Virus record (IMG/VR): IMGVR_UViG_3300028797_002668
Location: 71,186-135,185 of that record
DNA length: 64,000 bases
Strand: one strand, 5' to 3'
Source of the DNA: a virus
Taxonomy: Duplodnaviria; Caudoviricetes
Part shown: positions 9,665 through 18,704 of the stretch, piece by piece
Layout: each line of letters opens with the position of its first letter
How positions within the stretch are numbered: the first letter of the stretch is position 1
Notes under the pieces: model-generated
The model's input: only the letters and a program-made list of their open reading frames with translations
Told to the model about the DNA's origin: nothing
Database searches by the model: none
Translations under genes and position numbers: made by a program

Positions 9665-11326
9665 CTACTTGTTAACAAATGCGCTCAAATCGACATTATC
9701 GAGCAGATTTGTGCTTTCCTCGCCGACCTCGGCGTCCAAAGCCTTGTCAATATCAGCTTCGGTAGAGTCCGGCTCCGTAACCGGCGGAAGCTCCGCTTCG
9801 TTTTCCTTGCATTCCTTTACAAGGTCACGCAGCTCGGCCTTTTCTTCAGGAGATACGGCGGATTCGACCGCAGCCTTCTGGGCTGCTTCCTTCTCCGCCT
9901 TCTTCTTTTCGCGGTACTTCTTGCGAGACTCGCGAGCCTTGGCGCGTTTGGCTTCTTCCTTATCAATCACGACTTGCTGTTCTTCGGCGGTCTGCTTCTC
10001 CACGGTCACTTGCTCGTCATAAGAAGCGGCAAGCGAGGCAATGTCGTCATTAGCGACATATTCCTTCGTCTTGGTTTCCTCGGCGACCATATCCGGAGTG
10101 GGTTCTTCCGGAGCAATGTCTTCGATAGTAATGTTTGCGTCTGCATCGTAGGCATCGATATCCAAGACCTTCAAGCAACGCTTCATATTCTCAAGCGCAT
10201 AGCCGCCGACACCAAGTGCGGACATCAAGCTCGCGTTGGTATGGCCACCTTCTTTGAGCATATCGTGCAGCTTGCGGTATTCCGGAGCCGACTCGATAAT
10301 CATACGGCGTTCACGGTTATAAATACGCTCGATGGTCTTGCGATGTTCCGGAGTGTCCTGATAGGTCGAGCTGCAGACATACTTAACCATTTCATCCAAA
10401 GTACGACCGTTGAGGATAGCGGAATCGAAACGAGCCAGCGGAACAGGAATCTCGTTTTCAGCAATCTCTTCCGGAGTAAGCTCGCGCTTCTCGGTGACGG
10501 CTTCGACAACCGGAGCGTCCTTGGCGAACAGTTCCTCGGTATTGGCGTTCATCGGAATATGGAGAAGAAGTTCACGAGCCTTCTGCATCGATGGGTCATA
10601 AACGGTATAACCTATGGGTTTCGTACCCGGCTTACGATCCATCTCCACGCCGGACTTCAACGCGTACTTGTAGACACGGAGCGGATATGCAGTAGGCTCG
10701 AAGGTATCACTCATAAGGTACGAATTGAACTTCGCATCATTCTGAATAACACCGCGAGTGTCCGTCCAGTTCGGTGCCGTCGGATGAATAGGGTCACGGA
10801 GCGGTCTGAACTGGTTATTTGGAACGTGGAACAAAGTCACAGCCGTATTGGGCGTGTTCTCATTCGGCGACACCTTTCCTTGCGGATTCGGGCGGCAATG
10901 CTGGAAGCAGTCGATAAGCGTACCGACACGGCTTACCATCGGATGTTCCGAAGACAGATACTTCACGTAAATGGAAATCGCCTCGCAGCGAACCATCGAC
11001 ATATACTGCTTGAAGCTACGGAACTTCTGGAAGTCGAGCCACAAGAACTCGTCATCATCAAGGCAAACCGCCCAGCACGGACCAGTACGGCGAGATACGT
11101 ACGAACTAATCATACGGCTCTTGAACTTCCAGTCGTCGTTACGCGGAACCATCGTGACGTGCTCGCGATACTTTTCGCAAACGCCGTCAAGCCAACCGCG
11201 ATGACCGGTATCAAAAACAAAGATGCAGTCGAAACCCATAGCGATATGGTATTCCAACCATTCGACAAAATCTTGCTGGTTGTCCGTAGACACCCTGACA
11301 AGGCAATTAACAAGAAGATTTTCCAT
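9665..11326 (-). CDS. GT-A glycosyltransferase (GT2/GT92-like) domain with a long charged C-terminal extension
   Basis: FVEWLEYHIAMGFDCIFVFD and WAVCLDDDEFLW (DxD) motifs. Confidence 0.75.
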   Translation of the reverse strand: MENLLVNCLVRVSTDNQQDFVEWLEYHIAMGFDCIFVFDTGHRGWLDGVCEKYREHVTMVPRNDDWKFKSRMISSYVSRRTGPCWAVCLDDDEFLWLDFQKFRSFKQYMSMVRCEAISIYVKYLSSEHPMVSRVGTLIDCFQHCRPNPQGKVSPNENTPNTAVTLFHVPNNQFRPLRDPIHPTAPNWTDTRGVIQNDAKFNSYLMSDTFEPTAYPLRVYKYALKSGVEMDRKPGTKPIGYTVYDPSMQKARELLLHIPMNANTEELFAKDAPVVEAVTEKRELTPEEIAENEIPVPLARFDSAILNGRTLDEMVKYVCSSTYQDTPEHRKTIERIYNRERRMIIESAPEYRKLHDMLKEGGHTNASLMSALGVGGYALENMKRCLKVLDIDAYDADANITIEDIAPEEPTPDMVAEETKTKEYVANDDIASLAASYDEQVTVEKQTAEEQQVVIDKEEAKRAKARESRKKYREKKKAEKEAAQKAAVESAVSPEEKAELRDLVKECKENEAELPPVTEPDSTEADIDKALDAEVGEESTNLLDNVDLSAFVNK

Positions 11327-11337
11327 TTTTCCACTCC

Positions 11338-12723
11338 TTAAATCTCGCCGACATCAACATCGGCCATATTCATCACGTCGCGAATAGCGTCGTCAATAGT
11401 GTCGGCATCACCCATAATCGAACCGTTGCCTCGCGTGAGCTGAGACATTACGCCAGCCTCACGCTGCACAAGAACGTCACCCTTGAAATTCTCTGGGTCA
11501 GCGGAGTCTCGGCTCAACACGGCAAAGAAACCGAACTGCTGCAAGGTCTTGTAGTAATCGGTCTTCGATTCTGGAATACCCCATTCTGCAGTCTTATCCC
11601 AGTCCACAGCAAGCTCAGGAGCTGGCTGGTCAATAATCTGGTTGACCTGTTCGGAGATGTCTTGCGGAATCCACGACAAGTCAATAAGAGTACGGTTACG
11701 GATATACTGACCACTCCAGCCGTTGGCCTTCGCAACCTCAAAAATATTCGGACAATTTTCAAGAAGCTGTACGGCAGCTCCTTCGGAAATCAAGGTTTCC
11801 TTGGTCGGCTTGTACGCACCGGTCTTCGGATCGACGAAAGCCATTCCACGGATGTTATCCGAAGTATCGCCAGAAAGTACCTTTGCGGCAAGGTACTGCT
11901 GCGGATAGGCGCAACGGACAAAGTTACCGCTGGTGTGGTTGAAAATCTTAACACCCGGAATGTCAATCTGCGACATATCGGAGTCTCGTGTGATGATAAT
12001 GACATCGTCATAGTCCGGAGCGTACTTCTTCGCGGACGCATAAATCATATCGTCACCTTCAGCGACTTCACATCGGACGGCCTTCGCTCGGAAGAACGGA
12101 GCAATCTGCATCGCATACTGATCCTTGTACTCTTGCCAGTATTTCTTGTCGACGGAGAAGTCCCAAGCGGACGCGGCTCGCTTTCCCTTGTAAGAAGGAA
12201 GAATCGGAGTACCAGTCGTCGTCTTAATACTCCATAGCATATCGCGCTTTTCTTCGGGCATATCGCAAAGCTGGCGATGCTTCAACGATTCGTAAATGGC
12301 CTTCTGTTTCAGAGGAATCTTGACAACGTCGTACTGGTCGTCGCCAATCTTATCAACTTTGAAGGTATAATTGTCGCTGCTTACGTAGTAACTGGTCGAA
12401 TCGTAGTAAATCGTCGCTTCCTTGTTGTAGTAGTCGCGGACGAAATTGCGACGCCACGCCTTCTTGCCTTCCAAGCAGAGAATGATGTCCATCGGATTGA
12501 AAAGCTTGATGTAGTCAAGCATACGGTTGAACATCTTGGTACGCCAGATAATCATCTCCTCGTCTTCCGGGAGAATGCTTCCTAGAGTCTGCTTGCTGGA
12601 CTTTGTCCTCATAGACCACAACTGGTGATACGAAAGAGAAGCCCAGTCAATCACCAGCAAGCGTTTATTCTTGTACGGATAACTCCGTATAGGTTGTTCC
12701 TTAAAATCCATAATCATCCTCAT
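11338..12723 (-). CDS. rnh: T4 RNase H-like 5'-3' exonuclease (FEN/PIN fold); start may be ATG 12711
   Basis: LLVIDW, AWRR, YKGKR, EGDDMI, ITRDSDMSQ, LSGDTSDNIRG, RNRTLIDL motifs. Confidence 0.9.
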   Translation of the reverse strand: MRMIMDFKEQPIRSYPYKNKRLLVIDWASLSYHQLWSMRTKSSKQTLGSILPEDEEMIIWRTKMFNRMLDYIKLFNPMDIILCLEGKKAWRRNFVRDYYNKEATIYYDSTSYYVSSDNYTFKVDKIGDDQYDVVKIPLKQKAIYESLKHRQLCDMPEEKRDMLWSIKTTTGTPILPSYKGKRAASAWDFSVDKKYWQEYKDQYAMQIAPFFRAKAVRCEVAEGDDMIYASAKKYAPDYDDVIIITRDSDMSQIDIPGVKIFNHTSGNFVRCAYPQQYLAAKVLSGDTSDNIRGMAFVDPKTGAYKPTKETLISEGAAVQLLENCPNIFEVAKANGWSGQYIRNRTLIDLSWIPQDISEQVNQIIDQPAPELAVDWDKTAEWGIPESKTDYYKTLQQFGFFAVLSRDSADPENFKGDVLVQREAGVMSQLTRGNGSIMGDADTIDDAIRDVMNMADVDVGEI

Positions 12724-14513
12724 AAGAAGAACTTCTTCTTAAACGGAGATCCAGTCTTGTTGACCTTGCTCTCATTTTTCTTTCGTGCCTTCTCGGCAGC
12801 CTTGCGCTTACGCTCGGCAATCATCGCTTCATCGACAGTAGCCTCGTAGATACCGTCTAGACGAATTTCATTAACCGGAATATCGTCCTTCGCATAGTAA
12901 GTCTTACGAGTTTCATAATGTTGCATCATGTAGTTATACTTGAGACGAGGAGGTCCACCACGGCGAGGATTCGTAAAGTATGACGCGTCGTCGACCAAGT
13001 CATATACATAAGCCATCTTCTTATCCTTATGCGGACGAACTATACGACCGATTGACTGCATCACCATGTAAACTGATTTTGCTGGGTCAGCCATAACCAA
13101 ATTATGAAGTAACTTGATGTTCACCCCTTGCTTCATGCATCCATAGGTTGCAAGAATCATATGACCAGTTGAATACTCTATGGACTTACGAATAGTCTCA
13201 CGCTCGTCCACGGTCACGTCACCCTTGATGATGTGGCAAGTGAACTGTGGGAAGTTCTTCTCTATGAACTCGTGCATAAGTTCCAAGTTCTCAATAGCCT
13301 TGAACAAGATGACCGTATTCTGCTCAGTCGTTATCTTTCCGGAATCTATCAAGAGCTTCAAAACATCACGTCGTGAACTTGTACTGGAACAGAAAGCTCG
13401 CTCGTCGTCAAACGTCGAATATCCAATCGAACGTCGTAATGCGTGAGGGTACGGAATAAAAATCGTGTTAACAGTAACCGGCGTCAAGATTCCCTTCTCG
13501 ACCAGTTCCTTTAATCGAACAATCTCTTCCTTTCGGCCAAGCTGGCTCTCGATGTAACCAGCATCGATACCGTCATCAGGCAACGTACCAGATACGCCGA
13601 CCTTGAAATCGACGGCGTTTACACACTTCATCAAGATATCTCGTAACTTGATGCCACGAGTCGAATGAGCCTCGTCAACGATTACAGCAGTGAACGCCTC
13701 GAAAAACTTCGCTGGCTTGTTCTGGAGCGACTGCCAAGTAGAAATCGTAATAGGCTTGAGCATCACCTCTTCGCCAATATTGGCTGCCGCAAGACGCTCC
13801 TTCTGAGCCTTCGTCAACTTGTCGTCAGAATCTGCATAAATCAATGTGCAATACTTACGAGCATCTTCCCAACCGTAATCGTCATGAAAATCGGAGAACA
13901 ACTGTTCCACCAAGTTAGTAGACGGAACCACAATCAAAATCTTCTTACGCTCACGTTCCAACAAATATCGAGCCATGATGCACATCGATAGTGACTTACC
14001 AGCACTCGTACAAGCGAGCAATGAAATTCGGCGACCGTTCAAGGCACGTTCCACCAGTTTCACTTGATGTTCGTACGGCTTAATCTCGAAGCCTTCCTTC
14101 AAGTTGTGAAGCTTCAATGTCGCAGCGTAGGCGGCAACATCGTCGCTAGTCAATGCACCCCTAGGCGGTGTGTATATATCACGGATAGCCTTCGTCAAAC
14201 CGATTTTGGTTCCGAAACGGTTCTTGAGCAACGCACTGACTCTCGGAATAAGACCGATAGGCAACAAGTGGGTCGCCTTGTTGTAGAAATACACGAACGG
14301 TGTCTTAAAACCTTCACGGACTGCCCATGTGTTCGCAACAGCCTTGTCGTAGAAGGTCATGCTACCAAAAATGAAATTGTTCAGCTTGTTTCCAGCAGTC
14401 GAGTCGGTAGCCGAAATTTTGATAACGGAAAATACGTCGTCGGCCTTGTCAAAGACAACAGACGTAGACGGCTCCGGGTTCTTAACCTCGGTTACTTCGA
14501 CTTCTTCGGACAT
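12720..14513 (-). CDS. uvsW: UvsW-like superfamily 2 helicase
   Basis: PYEHQ, ACTSAGKS, IVVPSTNLVEQ, ISTWQS, DEAH, SGT, QSIGR, VYDLVDD motifs. Confidence 0.92.
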   Translation of the reverse strand: MSEEVEVTEVKNPEPSTSVVFDKADDVFSVIKISATDSTAGNKLNNFIFGSMTFYDKAVANTWAVREGFKTPFVYFYNKATHLLPIGLIPRVSALLKNRFGTKIGLTKAIRDIYTPPRGALTSDDVAAYAATLKLHNLKEGFEIKPYEHQVKLVERALNGRRISLLACTSAGKSLSMCIMARYLLERERKKILIVVPSTNLVEQLFSDFHDDYGWEDARKYCTLIYADSDDKLTKAQKERLAAANIGEEVMLKPITISTWQSLQNKPAKFFEAFTAVIVDEAHSTRGIKLRDILMKCVNAVDFKVGVSGTLPDDGIDAGYIESQLGRKEEIVRLKELVEKGILTPVTVNTIFIPYPHALRRSIGYSTFDDERAFCSSTSSRRDVLKLLIDSGKITTEQNTVILFKAIENLELMHEFIEKNFPQFTCHIIKGDVTVDERETIRKSIEYSTGHMILATYGCMKQGVNIKLLHNLVMADPAKSVYMVMQSIGRIVRPHKDKKMAYVYDLVDDASYFTNPRRGGPPRLKYNYMMQHYETRKTYYAKDDIPVNEIRLDGIYEATVDEAMIAERKRKAAEKARKKNESKVNKTGSPFKKKFFL

Positions 14514-14514
14514 A

Positions 14515-15069
14515 CTAAAGCTCCTGATAATAACGATTCAGCGGTTCCGAATGAATATCGAGATTTGGGTTTATATCACCAGACACGATGATGTTATCAC
14601 GGAAAAATGTCGGTGTTCCAATTACAATTCCAAGCTTGTTATCAGTCTTATCCAGAGTAAAAATCATCCGATAAGTAGCGTCATTGGAAAAATGGTTTCC
14701 GCTCTGGTTATAAATATTCCAAGCGGCACGGTCGCACCCAGCCGGGCATGGAATGCGGTTAAGAAAACCTAAATATCTGCGAACCTCGTTCAAGTCATCT
14801 TCAGCACGGCGCTGTACCGCAATCGTAATACGGTTGACAATATCGTCAGGCATATCGTCAGCAAATTCACGACGAACTACTTCAGGTAAAGCCAAAAAAC
14901 CTTCCTTTGGTGCATTAGGCGGCCACTTGAACATGTCCAGAGTATCTACGTAGAAATCGATATCGGACGGCAATTCGGTTGACGGAGTCGAAAACCCAGC
15001 GTCCTTCCACGTATAAAGCGATATGAGGTTCACCCTGAACTTAATCTTGTGAGAATACTTATAGGCCAT
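14515..15069 (-). CDS. Hypothetical protein (184 aa), first gene of the uvsW-rnh-GT operon
   Basis: AAGGA RBS; abuts uvsW; promoter motif upstream. Confidence 0.65.
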   Translation of the reverse strand: MAYKYSHKIKFRVNLISLYTWKDAGFSTPSTELPSDIDFYVDTLDMFKWPPNAPKEGFLALPEVVRREFADDMPDDIVNRITIAVQRRAEDDLNEVRRYLGFLNRIPCPAGCDRAAWNIYNQSGNHFSNDATYRMIFTLDKTDNKLGIVIGTPTFFRDNIIVSGDINPNLDIHSEPLNRYYQEL

Positions 15070-15096
15070 TCCTTATTCCATCGTTAGGTTATGTCG

Positions 15097-15125
15097 AATA
15101 TAGCCATTACCAATTTGAAACTCAA
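15097..15125 (-). promoter_or_regulatory. Sigma70-type promoter TTGAGT-17bp-TATATT with the TTCAAA element
   Basis: TTGAGTttcaaattggtaatggcTATATT on the minus strand. Confidence 0.6.
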
Positions 15126-15152
15126 ATTACTCCATTCCGCCATAAAAACAGC

Positions 15153-15334
15153 ATAAAACATGAAACATATATTTGGTTGACGTTCGGACGGCTACGTACT
15201 GCTCTACCGAGCACCAGTCTCAAGTCCGGGTTGGACTAGCACACCAAGTCCGACTCAAAGTTGTTTCTAGGCTCCATCTCAGGGAGCATTTTTGTACATT
15301 TTCGTCCCAATAAAACATGAAACATATATTTGGT
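15153..15334 (+). repeat. Perfect 25-bp direct repeat ATAAAACATGAAACATATATTTGGT at 15153-15177 and 15310-15334, in a hairpin-rich intergenic region
   Basis: Read directly from the sequence; copies start 157 bp apart. Confidence 0.9.
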
Positions 15335-15484
15335 ACTTCCGTAGGCACTGTTCGCGAGTTAACAGTTTGGCATAGTTTAGACTGTCGGATGATGGAATAA
15401 ACTATCGACCGAGGAATATGGATATGACAAGGAAAGCCCATATATATGTAATCGAAAGGATCTCAAAGGTACAAGTGGAAAGAG

Positions 15485-15513
15485 TTGACGATCAAATTTG
15501 GTTTTTATAGCTT
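15485..15513 (+). promoter_or_regulatory. Sigma70-type promoter TTGACG-17bp-TAGCTT for the family-A-like polymerase
   Basis: TTGACGatcaaatttggtttttaTAGCTT, ending 12 bp before ATG 15526. Confidence 0.55.
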
Positions 15514-15525
15514 TGTTCCACGAAA

Positions 15526-17115
15526 ATGAGACCTCGTCAATACAAAATACTGCTTCCAGAACCGGTCTTGAACGATTTTAAGGTTCTTATCTCGGACTAC
15601 TACCGCCAGTACGGTGACGGCAAGAAATCACGTACTTTCGTGGATAGTGCGGCATTCTTCCTTTCTATGCTGACCAACTCGCTTGTGACCGACCACAAGA
15701 AGAACGAGATTACTTCGCTTGATCACCGTGTGCCAAAGGAGCATTGGTGTACACATCTATACTCCCCTATACTTCGCGATATACTTGGGAACGATTATTT
15801 GCTTGTCATCGGTTACCTTGCTAATAAAGGCTTCGTAGGTCGTTCTAACCATTACGAAATCGGTACATGTAATTGCCGTGGACGTAGCAAGGCTTATTGG
15901 TTTACGGCCAAGTATGGTACATACCTTGCAAAGTACCTCAATTCGCGTTCGGTACGTCGTTATTCAAACGAGTCGGTAAAAGTATTCGGTAAGTTCCGTT
16001 CATACACGATTAAGTCCAAGACCGTCCTCGACCGTTGGTTCGCCGTTTTGGAAAAGCGCAAGGAATTTTCGATGTCCGACCCGGTAGTTGAGGATTGTTA
16101 CAACAACTTGTCCCATTTTACCATAGATATGGAAGCTGCGGATGCTACGTTCGACAAGCTCCGTTCTGAGGGTAAGCTATCGAAATACAAGGAGAAGCTG
16201 GAAAGAGCCAAGATACAGCGTTTTAGCGATGTTGGATCTGAGCCGTACGCTATGTACGTCAAGCACGACCGATACGGGCGTATTCATACGAATGTTACTT
16301 GCATGAAGAAGGAGATACGTGCCACCGCATTGCGCTGTGATGGAAAAGAAGTTGGCGAGGTCGACATCAAGTCCAGTCAAGTAGCGTTCATCGTACCCGT
16401 GTTCAGGCGTTATATTGACGTATTCCGTAGTGGATTGACTGAGCAGTGTTCGGATACGTTTATCCAGTTCAAGCCGTTCTGGTACGATGGGCAATGTGAT
16501 TCTACCTTGGACCGCATGGAATCTGAGCTGTGCCAGTTTACTGATTTGGTTAATTCACACCAGATTTATGAGTATTTTGCCAATGAACTGAGTGAGGATT
16601 TTGATCTTGATCGTACAGTTTCTCGTGAAGAGGCTAAATGCGGCGTGGTTTCTTTTTTGTTCTCGCCGAGATACTTCAACGAGGAAAAAGAACCAGTTCG
16701 TGCTGCGGTTAAGCGGGTTTGGGAAGACCGGTTTCCGACACTACTCCGCTGTTTGTACTCTATGAAACAGAACTGCCATGCGGCATTGGCATATGAGTTG
16801 CAGAAAGTAGAGAGCTGGTTCATTTTTGAACGAGTTTGTCCACGTATAACCAACGAAATTGGCTGCCCGTTCTGTACGGTACATGACTCGGTAATCGTTC
16901 CGAAGGACTATTGCGGACATTTGAAAAAAATAATGGATTCCGAACTATTGGAACTTGGTATACCGACTATTACCGAAGTTGAGTATTACGATATGGTAGA
17001 GGCGTCTATGCCTTGTTTGGCCGACGAGGGTTTCTTTGCCGAGATGAGCCGACGCGGAATAAAAACGGTAGACACCTTGTCTTTGGTAGACGAAAACGTA
17101 GCAACTGAGGAATAA
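15526..17115 (+). CDS. Stand-alone family-A DNA polymerase / T7 RNAP-related polymerase (TV-Pol-like), with no exonuclease domain
   Basis: GRIHTN, motif A EVDIKSSQ, motif B REEAKCGVVSFLF, LQKVES, motif C TVHDSVIV, in the correct order. Confidence 0.75.
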   Translation: MRPRQYKILLPEPVLNDFKVLISDYYRQYGDGKKSRTFVDSAAFFLSMLTNSLVTDHKKNEITSLDHRVPKEHWCTHLYSPILRDILGNDYLLVIGYLANKGFVGRSNHYEIGTCNCRGRSKAYWFTAKYGTYLAKYLNSRSVRRYSNESVKVFGKFRSYTIKSKTVLDRWFAVLEKRKEFSMSDPVVEDCYNNLSHFTIDMEAADATFDKLRSEGKLSKYKEKLERAKIQRFSDVGSEPYAMYVKHDRYGRIHTNVTCMKKEIRATALRCDGKEVGEVDIKSSQVAFIVPVFRRYIDVFRSGLTEQCSDTFIQFKPFWYDGQCDSTLDRMESELCQFTDLVNSHQIYEYFANELSEDFDLDRTVSREEAKCGVVSFLFSPRYFNEEKEPVRAAVKRVWEDRFPTLLRCLYSMKQNCHAALAYELQKVESWFIFERVCPRITNEIGCPFCTVHDSVIVPKDYCGHLKKIMDSELLELGIPTITEVEYYDMVEASMPCLADEGFFAEMSRRGIKTVDTLSLVDENVATEE

Positions 17116-17155
17116 TAAGCTAGTTTTCATAAGGAAACTAGGTATCGAGTATTCT

Positions 17156-17641
17156 ATGGCTACTTACATTCGTGAAATTATTTTTGAGAATGAACCTAAT
17201 ATTGGTCGTATACCGGGTACATCCGGTTACATACTTGACAAGGATATGATTGTTGATATCAAGCTGGTCTACCATACAGAAATGACAGACGGTGGTGAGG
17301 ATTTCATTGAAAATGATGAGCACCGTGTCATAGTCCGGAAAGGCTTGACGATGAAGTCGCATCCGTTTCCGAAGTGGTTAATTAGAATGTTGAAATTTTT
17401 AGGTTTAGACCTGTCGCTTGGTATGTCGATGCTTTTGACTGCACTTTACGAGGAAGGTGGCTTGGATGCGTATACTCGTGATCAAATCGACCGCATGTAC
17501 ATTAATTACACGCTCAAGGCAGTAAAGAATCCGGTTAAACGCGGGTTCTTGGACGTATTGATGGGGTTGTTTATTGGCTCTAACCTTGGTTGGAAATGGA
17601 ATTCAGAGGAAACCAAGGTTGCAAGTATAGAGCCTATTTAA
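17156..17641 (+). CDS. Hypothetical protein (weak DUF1353-like resemblance)
   Basis: 161-aa ORF; IVRKGLTM...P.W and DQIDRMY segments. Confidence 0.5.
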   Translation: MATYIREIIFENEPNIGRIPGTSGYILDKDMIVDIKLVYHTEMTDGGEDFIENDEHRVIVRKGLTMKSHPFPKWLIRMLKFLGLDLSLGMSMLLTALYEEGGLDAYTRDQIDRMYINYTLKAVKNPVKRGFLDVLMGLFIGSNLGWKWNSEETKVASIEPI

Positions 17642-18702
17642 ACAGGAAGTCGGAGCGGAGCGTCTTTCAGATCTTCGTTGTCCTCGTCTTCGTAATCCGG
17701 CTCGGATTCATCATCAAGTGGCTGGTTGAACATATCCAATTCAGACTCCTCAGCGAGGTCGGCAAGATTGTTCGGCTTCGCTTCTTTTTCTTCTGGTTCA
17801 CCGCCAATTATACCGTCTAGTGGATGCTCATCGGTTATGTCGTTTTCTTCGGTCGGTTCGTTTACGTTTGGATCGGCACCTATTACGTTCATACCCGGAT
17901 TTTCCTTTGCCTCATCGGACATTTCGTCGGAAAGCTTTCCCAATGCTTCGGACGTTTCCTCTGTCTTGAAACCGGGTACGTTATCAAAGAATTCCTTTGC
18001 TTGCGCCTCGGCTTTCTGTTCTTCCGGTTCCTCTTTTTTACCGAGCGGCATATCTACGGGTTTTTCTGGTTCTTCGGTTCGTTCTTGTACATAATTGCGT
18101 GCATCTTTCATGATGGAAGCCGCATTAGTCAGCAAACCGCTACAAGCGGCAACTAAGTGTTTGCACATTATGGTCTTGTGCTCAGGGTCTCTGATTGACG
18201 GATTGATATCTTCGCCGTGGTCGTCACGGTCATCGGCGGAGTGTTGTCCAGATAGGAGACTGTCGTTTATGTGCTTAGCGTTATACCGCATACCAGACCA
18301 GTTAAAGTCTGGACACGTGCAGAAAAATTTGATGTCGGCGTCCTTCAGTATTTGGATACGTTCACCTAGTCTTGCTTTTGCCTTGGCTAGGTTAAACAAT
18401 GTAGTGTCTTTCGGAATTATGTCGATAAAGCAATAGTAAAACTTGTAGTCAGCCGGGTTGGCGTTCTTGTTCTTGGACGACGGAATCTTGAATATAACAA
18501 CTGTGTTTCCGTCGTTATCGGCTGTCACACCTTGATAATAATGTTCAAGCTGCTTGCCACTAGTATAGCGGTCAACATGTCGACGGTTCTTTTTCTTGAA
18601 CATAGCTTCTGAATCCTTTACCCTCTTGATAAAGTCTGCCGTGTTTGCTTCGAGTTGCGTACGGCCTAAATAAAGCTGAGACAAGAATAAGGTTTTATCC
18701 AT
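17638..18702 (-). CDS. SWIM-type zinc-finger protein with an acidic tail
   Basis: FFCTCPDF ... MCKHLVAA (CxC-xn-CxH). Confidence 0.7.
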   Translation of the reverse strand: MDKTLFLSQLYLGRTQLEANTADFIKRVKDSEAMFKKKNRRHVDRYTSGKQLEHYYQGVTADNDGNTVVIFKIPSSKNKNANPADYKFYYCFIDIIPKDTTLFNLAKAKARLGERIQILKDADIKFFCTCPDFNWSGMRYNAKHINDSLLSGQHSADDRDDHGEDINPSIRDPEHKTIMCKHLVAACSGLLTNAASIMKDARNYVQERTEEPEKPVDMPLGKKEEPEEQKAEAQAKEFFDNVPGFKTEETSEALGKLSDEMSDEAKENPGMNVIGADPNVNEPTEENDITDEHPLDGIIGGEPEEKEAKPNNLADLAEESELDMFNQPLDDESEPDYEDEDNEDLKDAPLRLPV

Positions 18703-18704
18703 AT

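Noticed and set aside
9974-11341. 455-aa plus-strand ORF, and similar long antisense ORFs at 7287-8180, 39932-41008, 41418-42491 and 44392-45267
   Set aside because: Each lies opposite a well-supported gene; strong codon bias leaves the antisense frame open; no recognisable motifs
15153-15334. Possible CRISPR mini-array
   Set aside because: Only two repeats, a 132-bp spacer, a non-palindromic repeat and no cas genes
15220-15441. 73-aa minus-strand ORF in the repeat region
   Set aside because: No recognisable protein features, and it overlaps the repeat and hairpins; a non-coding role seems more likely, though not proven
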